Assembly: GCA_963766935.1 (NCBI GenBank)
Contig: CAVYBY010000008.1
Location: 158,884 to 222,883, forward strand
Reading direction: 5' to 3'
DNA: 64,000 bases
Origin: an uncultured Actinomycetes bacterium
Lineage (GTDB): Bacteria > Actinomycetota > UBA4738 > HRBIN12
The translations under genes were made by a program, and so were the position numbers. Positions within the stretch are counted from its first letter, which is position 1, and each line of letters starts with the position of its first letter. The notes below the pieces were generated by a model. The model was not told where the DNA came from. It saw nothing but the letters and a program-made list of their open reading frames with translations, and searched no databases. Below, one piece after another: positions 20,494 to 31,118 of this stretch.

Positions 20494-21348
20494 TCAGACT
20501 CTTCCGCCTCCAACGGCGCGCTCGACGAGGCGGATCTGCGCTTCGTTGAGCTGGTCTTGGAACTTCTCGTTGCGGCTCTCGAGCCCCAGGCTCTGCACGT
20601 ATGAAGTGAGGCTCGGATCCCTGTCCAGTCGCGCGAAGTCCAGGAGATCTCGAAGAACACGAACTGGTTCGGATACAAGTTCTTCGTAGTGAATCTCGAG
20701 GTACCGATGTGGAGGCATCGCCCGGCCGTCTTCGCGGGCTTTGCCGACATCCGCCGCCCAGAGCCTCGCGGCCAACTCGGCCGGATCGCGCCCCTGCGCC
20801 GCCCACTCACGGGGTGTGACGCCGTCTTCGCACCAGATCGGCAGGTCGGGCCAGAAGCCGACTCGAAGCAGCGACGCCACGACGGCCCTGGGATCTCGAA
20901 GGACGTGCACGAACAGCGCGTCGTCGAACAGCGCATCGACGTACCGCATGCATCGCGTGTTGCGGGTGTTCTTGTTGAGAAAGCGGCTCTTGCCTTGGTA
21001 CCGCAGATGCCGCCGGACGGCGCGGTTCACCCGCCGGACGGTGTCCTCCGTCACATCCGTCTCGTCGAGCGGGCCGTCGAGCGGCGTCTCGTTTGCCCAG
21101 AGCCGGTAGCCCTCCGCCGGCTTCGGCACCCATTTGCCGGCACGCTGGATCGCGGAGCTTCGATAGAGGTTCGACAGCGCCGCCAGCTGCGGCACGGACG
21201 GCCAGCGGTCGGTCAGGTTGGAGAACCAGCCCACGTCGGGATGCCGAGCGAGGATCTCGTACAAGAGCGTGGTCCCGGACCGCCCGACGCCCACGACCAG
21301 GACGGGACGCGTCACCTTCTTGACGGGCTCTCTGGTGATGGCACTCAT
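20494..21348 (-). CDS. Sulfotransferase family protein
   Basis: VGVGRSGTTLL, FVHVLRDPRAVVAS, IHYEELVSEP. Confidence 0.9.
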   Translation of the reverse strand: MSAITREPVKKVTRPVLVVGVGRSGTTLLYEILARHPDVGWFSNLTDRWPSVPQLAALSNLYRSSAIQRAGKWVPKPAEGYRLWANETPLDGPLDETDVTEDTVRRVNRAVRRHLRYQGKSRFLNKNTRNTRCMRYVDALFDDALFVHVLRDPRAVVASLLRVGFWPDLPIWCEDGVTPREWAAQGRDPAELAARLWAADVGKAREDGRAMPPHRYLEIHYEELVSEPVRVLRDLLDFARLDRDPSLTSYVQSLGLESRNEKFQDQLNEAQIRLVERAVGGGRV

Positions 21349-22277
21349 ACGAGGTCCCGCGGATCGACGCCCGCGACGGCGCCCAACCGGTTCCCCCACG
21401 CGTCGCGGACGGCCCTGACACCGAGGCGGAGATGGGAGATGGCCGCGGTGGGATGCAGAGGCAGGTTGGCGATCGGTTTCGCGAATCCTCGGACGAACGC
21501 CACGCGCGCCGCCCGCAGCGCATGCCCCCGATGGATGAGGATCCACAGCACGTTGCGCAGGCTGTAGTAGCGCTCCCAGCGAGGCTCATCCAGTCCGAGG
21601 CGCGGCGTTGTTCGCTGCGGGTCGCGGGAGTGCCGGAGCTCGTAGGACTGCGCCAGCTTGCCGTGGACGAACAGTGGATATCCGGCGTCGATCATCCGGA
21701 GCCCGTACTCCAGCTCCTCGAAGCCAAAGAAGAGCTCGGGACGGAACGTTCCCACGTCCCGGACGGCGGCCACCGAATAGAGCGGGAAGAAATTGCCGTG
21801 CAGGTGGTCGACCGCAACCGGTCCCCCCGCCAGGACGCGCGACGGGATCGGAATCGTTCTGCCCCGGCTCCAGTCGAATCGCGCGCCGCGAAGGCCGACG
21901 CCTCCCAGCGTTGGGTCGGACACGCGCAGCTCTTGCGAGAACCTCAGGAGCCCTTCGAGCGTGTCGGGCGCCGGCAGTTCGTCGTCGTCGTCGAACAACG
22001 CAAGCCAGTCGTCGTCGTCCGCCAGCTTCATGGCCGCCTCCATCCCGACGGCCCGCCCGCCGGCCGGCCCAAGGTTCCGCCCGGGAACGATCAGCTCGGC
22101 GTCGAGGCCCGCATCGCGGCACCGCTCGACGAGCGTTTGCGTCTCTTCGCTGGGGCCCCCGTTGTCGACCACGACGAGACCGCTCACGTGCAGCGTCTGG
22201 TCGCCGATCGCCGTCAGTGCGCGCGCAAGCTCGGCCGGCCGGCGGTAGGTGACGACGATGGCAAAGACACAATCCAC
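21345..22277 (-). CDS. GT2 glycosyltransferase (rhamnosyl/galactofuranosyl-transferase-like)
   Basis: AIVVTYRR, VVVDNG, NLGPAGG, ALFDDDD, FFGFEELEYGLR, RYYSLRN. Confidence 0.88.
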   Translation of the reverse strand: MDCVFAIVVTYRRPAELARALTAIGDQTLHVSGLVVVDNGGPSEETQTLVERCRDAGLDAELIVPGRNLGPAGGRAVGMEAAMKLADDDDWLALFDDDDELPAPDTLEGLLRFSQELRVSDPTLGGVGLRGARFDWSRGRTIPIPSRVLAGGPVAVDHLHGNFFPLYSVAAVRDVGTFRPELFFGFEELEYGLRMIDAGYPLFVHGKLAQSYELRHSRDPQRTTPRLGLDEPRWERYYSLRNVLWILIHRGHALRAARVAFVRGFAKPIANLPLHPTAAISHLRLGVRAVRDAWGNRLGAVAGVDPRDLV

Positions 22278-22330
22278 GGCACGCCTTTCAAACAAAGAGC
22301 TGCGATAGTCAGCGGTTGCGGTGTGACGGC

Positions 22331-24204
22331 TCAGAGGTCGTTGATCAACCGGGCGGCGTGGCACAGCGCGCGGGCGGTGAACCGGCGCGACCGCGCGAGC
22401 GGGCTGCTCCAGTGCCGCTTGGCTCTTGGCAGCGGCGACCTCACCGAGGTCTGCTCGCCGTTCAGCTCGGCCAGGTAGTCGTCGAAGACGGCCCGCCAGA
22501 TGACCCGCTGCAGCAGGGACTCGCCTTGCGGCCTGGACTCGCCGGACCGCAGGCCTTGCCACTCTCGCTCGACGCTCTTCGCGTCGAAGGCGTCGCCCCA
22601 CGAACCTGGGTCGGCCACCACGGCACCGATGAGCTCGTGGTCCGGCGCAAACGCCATCCGAGGCCGCAGCGAAGGGACGACCTCACTTGACGAGCGCCGG
22701 TAGTAAGGCATGTCCTTCCAGACCGGGATCAGGTGCCCGGTCACCGCGCGATGCAGGGCGTTCTGCCGGCGTTGCTCCGGGCTCAGGTCGAAGGCCGCAC
22801 GCAGGAACTCCGGAACGAGGAGCGGTGAGACGACGCCATTGCCTTCCGCGGTGGTGCCCCAGCGCCGAACTCGCTCGGCCGCGTAGAAGTAGTCGAGGAC
22901 CTTCGCGTCGTCCAGCCCCGCCGTCGTCGCCGAGTCCAGAACTCGTCGCACCTGCCATGCGGCCGCCGCTTTCGCTTCAGGCGAGACGCCGGCGCGACGG
23001 ACGACACGGGACACCAACCGCTCGCAGATGCTCTCGACCCGCCGGCCGTAGGGGAGCGCCACCAGGTCCGCAATGTCTGGGGGGTAGTAGTGGCCGTGAG
23101 CGATCTCCCCCGCTCCGCCGCTCACACCGATGTGCTGCGGGTACGCGAGGCCGGCGGGCGGACGCGTACTCAGGTACGTGGCCATCCGCGATCCCTCTTG
23201 GAGTCGATGCCACCCGAGCGCCTGTTCCAGAAGAGGAGCTCCCTCGTCGGAAACCGTCGTCCATGGCCCCGAGTCCACACGGTGCCGGACCGGCATCGCA
23301 AGCGCGGAGACCAGCCGCCGCGCCGTCGTGGCTTCCCCGGCCTCGGCGTCGTTCGTGTAGAGCTGAATGTCAACCCCGGCCGCAAGAAACGCCGCCGCAA
23401 CCATTCGCGAATCGCGGCCTCCGCTCAGGCTGACGACGAGATCCCCCGACCACATTCGCGGAACCGACCGGGCGAGCTCCTGCAACGCGTCGGCGACTTC
23501 GTGGACCCGATCGGCCGCGAGCGGGTCGCCGCGGCGGTTGGCCGCGAGCCCGGCGAGGACGTCGACACGGCGCTCAAACCGTCCCAGTCCACCGGCGTCG
23601 TACCCGGTCTGTGCACCGGCGGGCACGGCGTACACCTGCTCGAACGCGGTGTGATCCCCCATGAACCAACCGGTCGCGGCGAACGTTCGCCACCCCGTGA
23701 GGTCGGCCGCCGCACGGACTCCTGCGAACAGACAGGCGGCCGCGGGACGATTCGACCAAACCCAGCCGCCCGGAAACCGCAGCTGGTAGAGCCGTCCGAC
23801 GCCCAGTGCGTCGGTCAGCAACGTGAGTCGGCCCACATCCGGTTCGAGGGTGGACATGACGAACGGAGGGGTCAGCTCCGCCACGCGCTCGGGCCGTTCG
23901 AGCAGCGCCAGACTGAGCGGGAGGCCGCCCGCTCCACGGTTCGTTGCCCGACGACGCGCTCGTAGCCGAGCGGGTAATAGAGCGACCCGACCGCGAAGGA
24001 GGGTTCCTCTTGCCACACCGGCCATCGCGACGGCGAATCCGTCGCGTCCCACACATGGAGTCCGACCCTGCCGGCATCACGTCCACGCCGGGTCACGGGG
24101 ACCGTCCATAGGCGACCGTAGTGAGCCGCCACGCTTGCCAGCCGCGCGGCAATCTCGTTGTCGTTGGGCTCGTGTTCCAACCCGTAGGCGACCAGCACCT
24201 GCAT
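22331..24204 (-). CDS. Asparagine-synthetase-like ATP-dependent amide ligase with a degenerate N-terminal Ntn domain; one frameshift near 23920
   Basis: TDALGVGRLY (Ntn-domain RDxxGxxPLY equivalent), PP-loop SLSGGRDSR, SGGAGE, SPLL; N-terminus MQVLVAYG has no Cys1. Confidence 0.75.
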
Positions 24205-24226
24205 GACACACCCCTCTTCGTGCGAG

Positions 24227-25441
24227 TCAAACCGCGACGCGCATGTCCTCGTAGACGCCCAGAAGCTTGGTGGCCGAGCGCGACCAGTTGTACGTGTCGT
24301 GGACGGCGCGTTTCCCGTTCTCTCCCAGCCGGGTCCGCAGGTCCGGATCGGTCAGCCGGATGAGAGCGCCCGCCAGCCCGTCGCTGTCGCCGAGGGGGAC
24401 GAGGAGACCGCAGTCCGCCTCCTCGACGACGCGACGGGTCCCTGCTCGGTCCGTGGCGACGACGGGCTTGCCCGCGAGCATGTACTGGAAGAGCTTGTTC
24501 GCAAGTCCGGCGTCGGTCTGGACACCGCCGACCAACGGAAGGATGCCGACGTCGCTGGCGGCCAGATATGCGGGCACGCGAGCGAACTCGACCCATCCCT
24601 CGAAGCGCACGTGATCGCCGATCCCGAACTCGGCGACGAGCTGTTCGAGCGAGGCCCGCTTGCGGCCGTCTCCGACGATCACCAGGACCGCGTTGGGGAC
24701 GGCCCGCGCCACCACCGGCATCGCGCGGATGGCCGTCGCGAGGTCGTGACTGCCACCTAGACCCCCGACGTAGCCGATGACGAAGGCATTCCGAAACTCG
24801 TCCTGCAGCGCGAGGTCCGGCGGCGACGAGAGGAACCGTTCGACGTCCACGTAGCTCTCGACGACGGTGATCCGTTCCGGACGCACGCCGACCGAGGCGA
24901 GTCGCGATCCCATTTCGTCCGCGACGGCGATGACCGCGGAGCACCGTGGGACGGACCGCTGCTCGTACTTCTCCCACCGGCGCGGATCCAGGAGAAACCG
25001 GCCGAGTGGCGAGAGCGACCTGCCCTTGATGTAGAAGGGAAGCGCCATCGGATAGTTCTCGTGCAGATCGGCGACGACTCGTGCGCCCGTCCTGGTTCCC
25101 GCGCGAAGCGCGGTCTTCACGAGCGGCAGGTCGTGCACGTGGATCACGTCGAACCGCCCCACCTCTCGCGCGAGAAGGCGAATCTCACGCGCCCACCGAC
25201 CGTTGTGGAACCAGAGCAAGGAGAGGTTGGGAACGCGCCGCCTCCAACCCGTGAGCTCCGCTTTGGGAGTGACGGTGTGCACCACCAGGTCGCGCAGCGT
25301 CCCCGGGAGCTCGATCTCATCCCGGGCGTCTTCCAGGCACAGAAGGTGCACCTCGTGACCCGCTCCGAGCAGCGAGGCCATCTCGCCCTCGACACGGATG
25401 TCGGGCGGGAATCGATTTTCGAGGAGCATGAGCACGCGCAT
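24227..25441 (-). CDS. GT4 glycosyltransferase
   Basis: FPPDIRVEGE, IHVHDLP, DLHENYP, NKLFQYMLAGKPVV. Confidence 0.9.
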   Translation of the reverse strand: MRVLMLLENRFPPDIRVEGEMASLLGAGHEVHLLCLEDARDEIELPGTLRDLVVHTVTPKAELTGWRRRVPNLSLLWFHNGRWAREIRLLAREVGRFDVIHVHDLPLVKTALRAGTRTGARVVADLHENYPMALPFYIKGRSLSPLGRFLLDPRRWEKYEQRSVPRCSAVIAVADEMGSRLASVGVRPERITVVESYVDVERFLSSPPDLALQDEFRNAFVIGYVGGLGGSHDLATAIRAMPVVARAVPNAVLVIVGDGRKRASLEQLVAEFGIGDHVRFEGWVEFARVPAYLAASDVGILPLVGGVQTDAGLANKLFQYMLAGKPVVATDRAGTRRVVEEADCGLLVPLGDSDGLAGALIRLTDPDLRTRLGENGKRAVHDTYNWSRSATKLLGVYEDMRVAV

Positions 25442-25499
25442 GACCTAGGTGCCTCCAATGTGTCGATGACCGGACGGCGGGCGGACGTCTCGGCGAGCG

Positions 25500-26774
25500 T
25501 CAGCCCACGCCGACCGGATGGCCGGTTCGTTCGAGGCGGCGCTCGAAGACATCGGAGAGAAGCCGGGTTCTCGCCGCCCACGTGAACTCCTCGAGCGCCG
25601 CGGACGGCCACGGCGGCAGGGCGAGAGATCCGGACGCCAGCTGCTCCAGCGCCGAGCGCACGCCGTTCGCGGTTGCGGCGCCGATCCCCCGGCCGGTTCT
25701 CCGCAGCACGTCGGCCGCGTACTCGTCGGTGCCCGGTACGGCGAGGATGGGTTTGGAGGCGGCCAGGTACTCGTAGAGCTTGCCCCCCGGAGAGCCCAAA
25801 AGCCCGTCGGACGTCGTGACCAGCAACAGCGCGTCCGCTTCGCACATGGCGTGCCTCGACCGGTCCAACGAGACCACCCCGCGGTCGACCACCGCCTCCG
25901 ACATGCCGCTGCGTCGCGCCTCCGCACGAAATCGTTCGAAGGACGGTCCCAGGTACGAGATCCGGACCGGCCGGGCAACTCCCGACCGCGTCCGGCCGTA
26001 TTCGCGAGCGCCTTCGAAGAACGTCGAGTAGCCGGAGCGTCCCGGGTAGACGACCCCCGTGAACAACACATCGAGCACACTCGGGTCCGTCGGCGGGCGC
26101 TCGGAGGCATGGATCGCCGCCCATGCGGCTTCGTCGAAGGCGCTGGGGATCACGTGTGCCGGCCGCCGGATCAAACGTGCATCGCCTCGAGCGTCCTGGG
26201 GCCATACGTAGACGACGTCATCGGCATCGCGCAACGGACGGGCGAGCATCGCCGCCCGCTTCCGCAGAAGCCACGCCTTCGGGCCATTCCCACGAACCGT
26301 CATCACCGAGGTCCGCCAGATGCCGTCGCGCAACTCGGCCACCCATGGGATGGACCGCGACCGCCAGAAGGAGCGACCGATTCGCAGGGTGGAGACCGGC
26401 GGCGCCGTGGTCCACATCAGCTCGACGTCGGTTGTCGAGAGGTACCGCTCCGCGGCCCGGCGGGCTTCGGACGCCCAGTCGTCCGTGCTGCCGGTGACGA
26501 AGCGAACGAGGCGTCCAAGGGCACCGTCGGTCGTATGTGCGTGCAGGTTCACTCGGATCACCTCGAGTTCGCGGTCAGCCTGGGACTTTGCGTGGCCGGG
26601 GCCGCCCGCACCACAGTGGCACCCGGGCGGGCGGACCTGCGTGGTGATCACGACCGGGGTCCAGCCCAGGTCCGACAAGCCGCGTGCCAATCCGTAGGCG
26701 CGCTCCGACGCAGTCGGCCAGCAGTTGCAGGGTGGAAAGCGCTTCGCGAACATCAGCACCCGCCGAGTCGTCAC
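25500..26774 (-). CDS. GT4-like glycosyltransferase
   Basis: FPPCN, WTTAPPVS, PWVAELRD, GKLYEYLAASKPIL. Confidence 0.85.
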   Translation of the reverse strand: MTTRRVLMFAKRFPPCNCWPTASERAYGLARGLSDLGWTPVVITTQVRPPGCHCGAGGPGHAKSQADRELEVIRVNLHAHTTDGALGRLVRFVTGSTDDWASEARRAAERYLSTTDVELMWTTAPPVSTLRIGRSFWRSRSIPWVAELRDGIWRTSVMTVRGNGPKAWLLRKRAAMLARPLRDADDVVYVWPQDARGDARLIRRPAHVIPSAFDEAAWAAIHASERPPTDPSVLDVLFTGVVYPGRSGYSTFFEGAREYGRTRSGVARPVRISYLGPSFERFRAEARRSGMSEAVVDRGVVSLDRSRHAMCEADALLLVTTSDGLLGSPGGKLYEYLAASKPILAVPGTDEYAADVLRRTGRGIGAATANGVRSALEQLASGSLALPPWPSAALEEFTWAARTRLLSDVFERRLERTGHPVGVG

Positions 26775-27862
26775 GCTTCGACCCCTGCCCATGCCCGGTC
26801 GGCACCCAGCGTCACTCGGAGCGTCTGGAGAACCATGTGCGCGATCCAACGACGCGCGCGCCCCGGCGGCCGTCTCCATCCTTGGTCCACGATCGCGGTA
26901 AGTCCTTGGAGCAGCTGCTCGCGAACGATCACGGGGTCGAACATCTCGATCACTGCCGCGCGGCCTTCTGTGTTCGGCGACAGCCGCCCTTCGGCGTACT
27001 GCCGGTGCAGCTCGTTGAGCCGGGCTTCGGCGGCATCGACCGTGTCGACGGCGTCGGCACCGGGGAACGGGTACGTCCACATCACATACCGTCCGTTCGC
27101 GAGGGCCTCGAGGACCAGGTTCGAAAGACCGTCGTGCGCCGTCGGCCGGACGTAGATCGTTGTCCGAGCCATGACCGCATCCATGTCGCCGACCCAACCC
27201 AGGGCCGCGACGTTCGCGGGCAGCGACTCGGCCGGCGTCGCCCCCAGCAGGAAGAACTGGATGTCCGGCCGTCTGCTCGCGAGCTCGAGGACGAACTCGA
27301 GCCCGTAGAGCTCACCACGATCCTGCAGGGCGTACGCGAGGACCGCGAAACGCGGCGGCAAGGCCGGCGCGGGATGCGGCACATGCGGGGGCGTGATCCG
27401 CACGACTTCCGCCTCGATGCCGGCGCCGGTCAATTCGTCCCGAAGCCATGACGCCACGCACCAGTGCCACGACCGCTCCGCGAAGGCCCGGGATGCGAAG
27501 GGCGCATGCAGGACGACGTCGCTCCCGATCCACAGCGTGAGGGTCGGTATCCCCAATCGTGCAAGCCAGATCTCGAGCCGCTTCAGATCGCGCCGGCCGT
27601 ACAGGTGCAAGACGACGTCTCCCGAGACACCGCGCCTGATCCGTTCGAGCCGTGAACGAAAAGCGCCGACACCGGCATCAGGCTGCTCGGTCCGTCGCAC
27701 GTCGACCCCCGAACCAGCGAGCAGCGCCGCGGTCCGATCGGCGAACAGCCCCGTGGAAGCGACCGTCACCCGCAACGGCCGCGAACGCGGGCCGGCGCTA
27801 CGGGCGCCCGCGAAAACACGTTCCGCGCTCGTGTTAGCCGTCTGGACCAATGTCGACTCCAT
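26771..27862 (-). CDS. GT-B fold glycosyltransferase
   Basis: WIGSDV, YVRPTAHDGLSNLVLEALANGR. Confidence 0.75.
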   Translation of the reverse strand: MESTLVQTANTSAERVFAGARSAGPRSRPLRVTVASTGLFADRTAALLAGSGVDVRRTEQPDAGVGAFRSRLERIRRGVSGDVVLHLYGRRDLKRLEIWLARLGIPTLTLWIGSDVVLHAPFASRAFAERSWHWCVASWLRDELTGAGIEAEVVRITPPHVPHPAPALPPRFAVLAYALQDRGELYGLEFVLELASRRPDIQFFLLGATPAESLPANVAALGWVGDMDAVMARTTIYVRPTAHDGLSNLVLEALANGRYVMWTYPFPGADAVDTVDAAEARLNELHRQYAEGRLSPNTEGRAAVIEMFDPVIVREQLLQGLTAIVDQGWRRPPGRARRWIAHMVLQTLRVTLGADRAWAGVEA

Positions 27863-27872
27863 CAGCACGGCG

Positions 27873-29498
27873 CTAGGGCAGGATCGTGGCGCCGGGGAAC
27901 CGGACGAGCAGCTGCGGATAGCGAAACACCGTGAGAACTTCGTCCAGCGGGATGCCACGCGGATCTCCGGACACGTGAAGGGCGGCACCTCGGTCCTGGA
28001 CCAGCGACGTCAACGCCTTCTCGATCTCTTCCCGAACCCCTTCTTGCCGCTCGTCATCTCGCAGCTCCATCGCGATCACACCGATCTTGCCCTCGTCGAG
28101 AAGTCCGGAGGTGCCGTCGAGCACCGCGGCCTCCCCGCCTTCGACGTCGATTCGAAGAAGGTCGACAAAAGAGACGTCTCGCAGACCCACATCGAGCCGC
28201 TCGCACGGGACCTCGAACTCCTGGAAGGTTTCGGCATCCACGCCGTCGAAATGCGCCAGGCTGCCGAGCCCCTTCATACGGTCCGGAACTCGCAACCGAC
28301 GTTCCTCGTCGTCGCGATGCGCCGCCTTCGCGACCAGCCGGACCCGGTCGGCGAAGCCGTTCATCTCGATATTGCGGCGGGCAAACTCGACAAGCTCGGG
28401 ATTGCATTCGTAGGCAAACACCTTGCCGCCGGGCCCGACGCGCGCTGCTCCCAAGATCGTCGAGAAGCCGAAACTTGCTCCAACGTCAACGAAGGTCATC
28501 CCCGGGCGCAGCCGCCACCGCTGCACGAGGTCGGCGAACGGCTGATGAAAGGTGCCGGAAAGCGCGAGCCCCGGCCCGATCGAGAGGTCGTCCGTGGGAC
28601 ACAGCAACCGGGTGCCGAGCGGTGTCGCGATAAGCACCTCGCCGGCCCCCCATGGAACCGCCCGCAGTGGCTCCGAGATCGGGACGACGCGGTGGGCCGC
28701 TGCCTTTGCGAATCGCTTGGCGGGCCACAACACGCGACGCGTCAGCTGTTGCTTCGCCTTTGTCGTCACTTGGTCGCCGGCCTCGCGCCACAACGCGCGC
28801 GCGGACGGGAGTTTCGCCTCGCCCGATCGCGGAAGCAGGTCCCCGGGCTTCGGGGTCACGCCCCGCTGGCCCTTCCAGCTGTGCTGCCAGTGATGGGCCG
28901 CGTACGCGTGCGCGAACACCTCGCGGCGGCGCCACACCTCTCCCCCCGAGTATGGGAAGAAGTAGGCGGGAGGGAAGATGCGAATCCCTTCCCGGCCCTC
29001 CCACGCCCCGTCGCGGACGACCCTGGTCAAGAGCAGCGGTCCCGTCGAGTGGCTGAGCGGTTCCCTTCGATGGACAAGGCAGGAGGCCGGCAGACGCTCG
29101 ATCATCTGGCGAGGAATCGGATGCGACGGCACCGCGCCAAAGATCGCCGAGCCCAGCTTGCCGTTGGGCTCGCGGCCCGCAAAGAACTCGCAGCCGGCGA
29201 GCAGCGAGTCCAACGGGCGGAGACACTCCATGTCGGTGTCGAGGTAGACACCCCCGAACCGATGCACCACTTCGTATCGGGCGAAGTCGGATTTCTGCGA
29301 GTAGGGCGCCGAGCGGTCGAACAGGCTCCGGTTCCTGAGCCAGTCCAGATCTTCCAAACGCCACACGCGGAACTCCCAATCCGGGTGACGGTCGATCCAA
29401 GTCTGGCGAGTGGCGAGCACGCTGTCGGGCATCGCGTCGCCGCTCACCCACACGTGATGGATGATCCGAGGGATGCTCAAGCTCTGCCCTTTCTTCAT
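27873..29498 (-). CDS. GT32 (DXD, Och1/TcdA-like) glycosyltransferase fused to an FkbM-family methyltransferase
   Basis: IPRIIHHVW, SDFARYEVVHRFGGVYLDTD, TGP, HHWQHSW; C-terminal FVDVGASFG, YECNP, RIDVEGGE. Confidence 0.88.
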   Translation of the reverse strand: MKKGQSLSIPRIIHHVWVSGDAMPDSVLATRQTWIDRHPDWEFRVWRLEDLDWLRNRSLFDRSAPYSQKSDFARYEVVHRFGGVYLDTDMECLRPLDSLLAGCEFFAGREPNGKLGSAIFGAVPSHPIPRQMIERLPASCLVHRREPLSHSTGPLLLTRVVRDGAWEGREGIRIFPPAYFFPYSGGEVWRRREVFAHAYAAHHWQHSWKGQRGVTPKPGDLLPRSGEAKLPSARALWREAGDQVTTKAKQQLTRRVLWPAKRFAKAAAHRVVPISEPLRAVPWGAGEVLIATPLGTRLLCPTDDLSIGPGLALSGTFHQPFADLVQRWRLRPGMTFVDVGASFGFSTILGAARVGPGGKVFAYECNPELVEFARRNIEMNGFADRVRLVAKAAHRDDEERRLRVPDRMKGLGSLAHFDGVDAETFQEFEVPCERLDVGLRDVSFVDLLRIDVEGGEAAVLDGTSGLLDEGKIGVIAMELRDDERQEGVREEIEKALTSLVQDRGAALHVSGDPRGIPLDEVLTVFRYPQLLVRFPGATILP

Positions 29499-30433
29499 GC
29501 TCGACTCGTCGCCGAGCGCATCGGCGACGCCTCCTCGACGGCCGCCATCTCCGCTCTCCGGAGCTCCCGCCGAACGATCGCGCGGATCCTGTCCTTCTCT
29601 TCCTCCAGGTCGAGTGGTCGTGGATTCCAGTTGACGGCGAACCGCATCCAGATCCTCCAGAGCCAGCGGACCGGGCCGAGGCGCCACGCCCTTCTCGAGA
29701 GCCGAGGTCGTGGACGCGGCCGGGCGATCGGGACGCCGAGGTCGCGCAGGATGCTGAGACGGTCGTCCCTGTCCGGGTCGCCGAAGAAGACCACGGGGAT
29801 GCCCATCGCGAGACAGGGAAGCGCGCAGTGCAGCTTGGTGGTAATGACGAGGCGCGCCTCGTCCCGGTACCGCTCCAGAAGCGCTCGCGCCGCGACGCGC
29901 TTTGCTTCGTCACCGACCGTGGCGGAAAGGTCCTGCGTGACGTTGATGGCGCGCCGCCGCAGGAGCCGTGGGATCGGCAGATCCTCACCGTGCACCACGA
30001 ACACCTTGCCGCGCTTCGGCGTCCGCTCCCGTCTGGGGAAGGTCAGCGTCAGACAGCGCGTCGTGTAGGCGCGGACCCCGGCGCGCTCGAGGAGTTGGCG
30101 AGTGGCGTCGTCACGGCAACCGATCGGTTGGTGCTTCTTCAGATAGTCGAGACTCGCTCCCGACAGAAAGTGACGCCGGGACCCGAAGGTCGGGGTGATA
30201 TGGAACCCGACGAAGACTGGAACGATCGCCTCCGACGGAGGAAAGCACCGTTCGGGCGCCATCGAGAACCACCCCTGGAAGATGACGACATGCGGTTCGT
30301 CCGCTTCGACCAAGGCAAGCGAGTCGCGGTCGATCCGAACGTCGACGCGTGGCAGATGCTGCTCGGTGGCGAGCGTCTGGACCTCGTCGCCGAGGTTCCA
30401 TGAACGGTCGTACTTGAAGCTTGCGTACTTCAC
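29495..30433 (-). CDS. Polysaccharide pyruvyl transferase family protein
   Basis: NLGDEVQ, PIGCRD, ITTKLHCALPCLAMGIP. Confidence 0.8.
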   Translation of the reverse strand: MKYASFKYDRSWNLGDEVQTLATEQHLPRVDVRIDRDSLALVEADEPHVVIFQGWFSMAPERCFPPSEAIVPVFVGFHITPTFGSRRHFLSGASLDYLKKHQPIGCRDDATRQLLERAGVRAYTTRCLTLTFPRRERTPKRGKVFVVHGEDLPIPRLLRRRAINVTQDLSATVGDEAKRVAARALLERYRDEARLVITTKLHCALPCLAMGIPVVFFGDPDRDDRLSILRDLGVPIARPRPRPRLSRRAWRLGPVRWLWRIWMRFAVNWNPRPLDLEEEKDRIRAIVRRELRRAEMAAVEEASPMRSATSRA

Positions 30434-31118
30434 GAGACCTCCGGCGACGTTCGCACGACATGAAGTCGTGACCTGCGGACGAACTCGTACTCGTCGTGCT
30501 TGTCGCTGAAGTACTCGTCGACGGCGGTCCGGCACCCGGACCAGTCGTCGTAATCGTCGATCACGAGGACTCCACCGGGGATCAACTGCGGTGCGATTCG
30601 CGCAAGACAAGTCGACACCGACTCGTACCAGTCCGCGTCGATGTGCGCGAGCGCGACCTGGTCATCGACATCGAGGGTGTCCTGGAACAGGCCCTTCACA
30701 AGTCGCACGTTGTGCTCCCCCGGCGGAAAGCCGTACTTGTAGAAATTGTCCGCCACCTTGCCTTTCAGGTCGTCCTCGTAGCCGTAGTAGGTGCCTCCGC
30801 CGATGCCGGGTGACTCGCCGGCGCGGATCACCTCATAGCGCGCGTGAACGTCCTCCCCGTCTCGCAACGACGGGGCGGGGATCATCCCGAAGACGTCGTA
30901 CACGAACAGCGGGCGAGAGCGGGCCTTCGCCGCGGTCATGACGATGGCCGAGCCCCCGAGCGCGCACCCCGCTTCGATCAGGATTCCCGGGGCCTGTTGC
31001 TCGCTCGAGCCTCGTCACCTGGTCGTGCAGATCGAGCAGAGCGCCTTCGGACAGATCCAAGAGAGCCGCTCCGCACGGAGCTGATCACGGCGGGCATCAC
31101 GTCCGAGTTCCGAACCAC
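30430..31118 (-). CDS. TylF/MycF/NovP-family O-methyltransferase; frameshifted 5' part
   Basis: YDVFGMIP, VKGLFQDTL, AHIDADWYES, GGVLVIDDYDDWSGCRTAVDEY. Confidence 0.85.
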
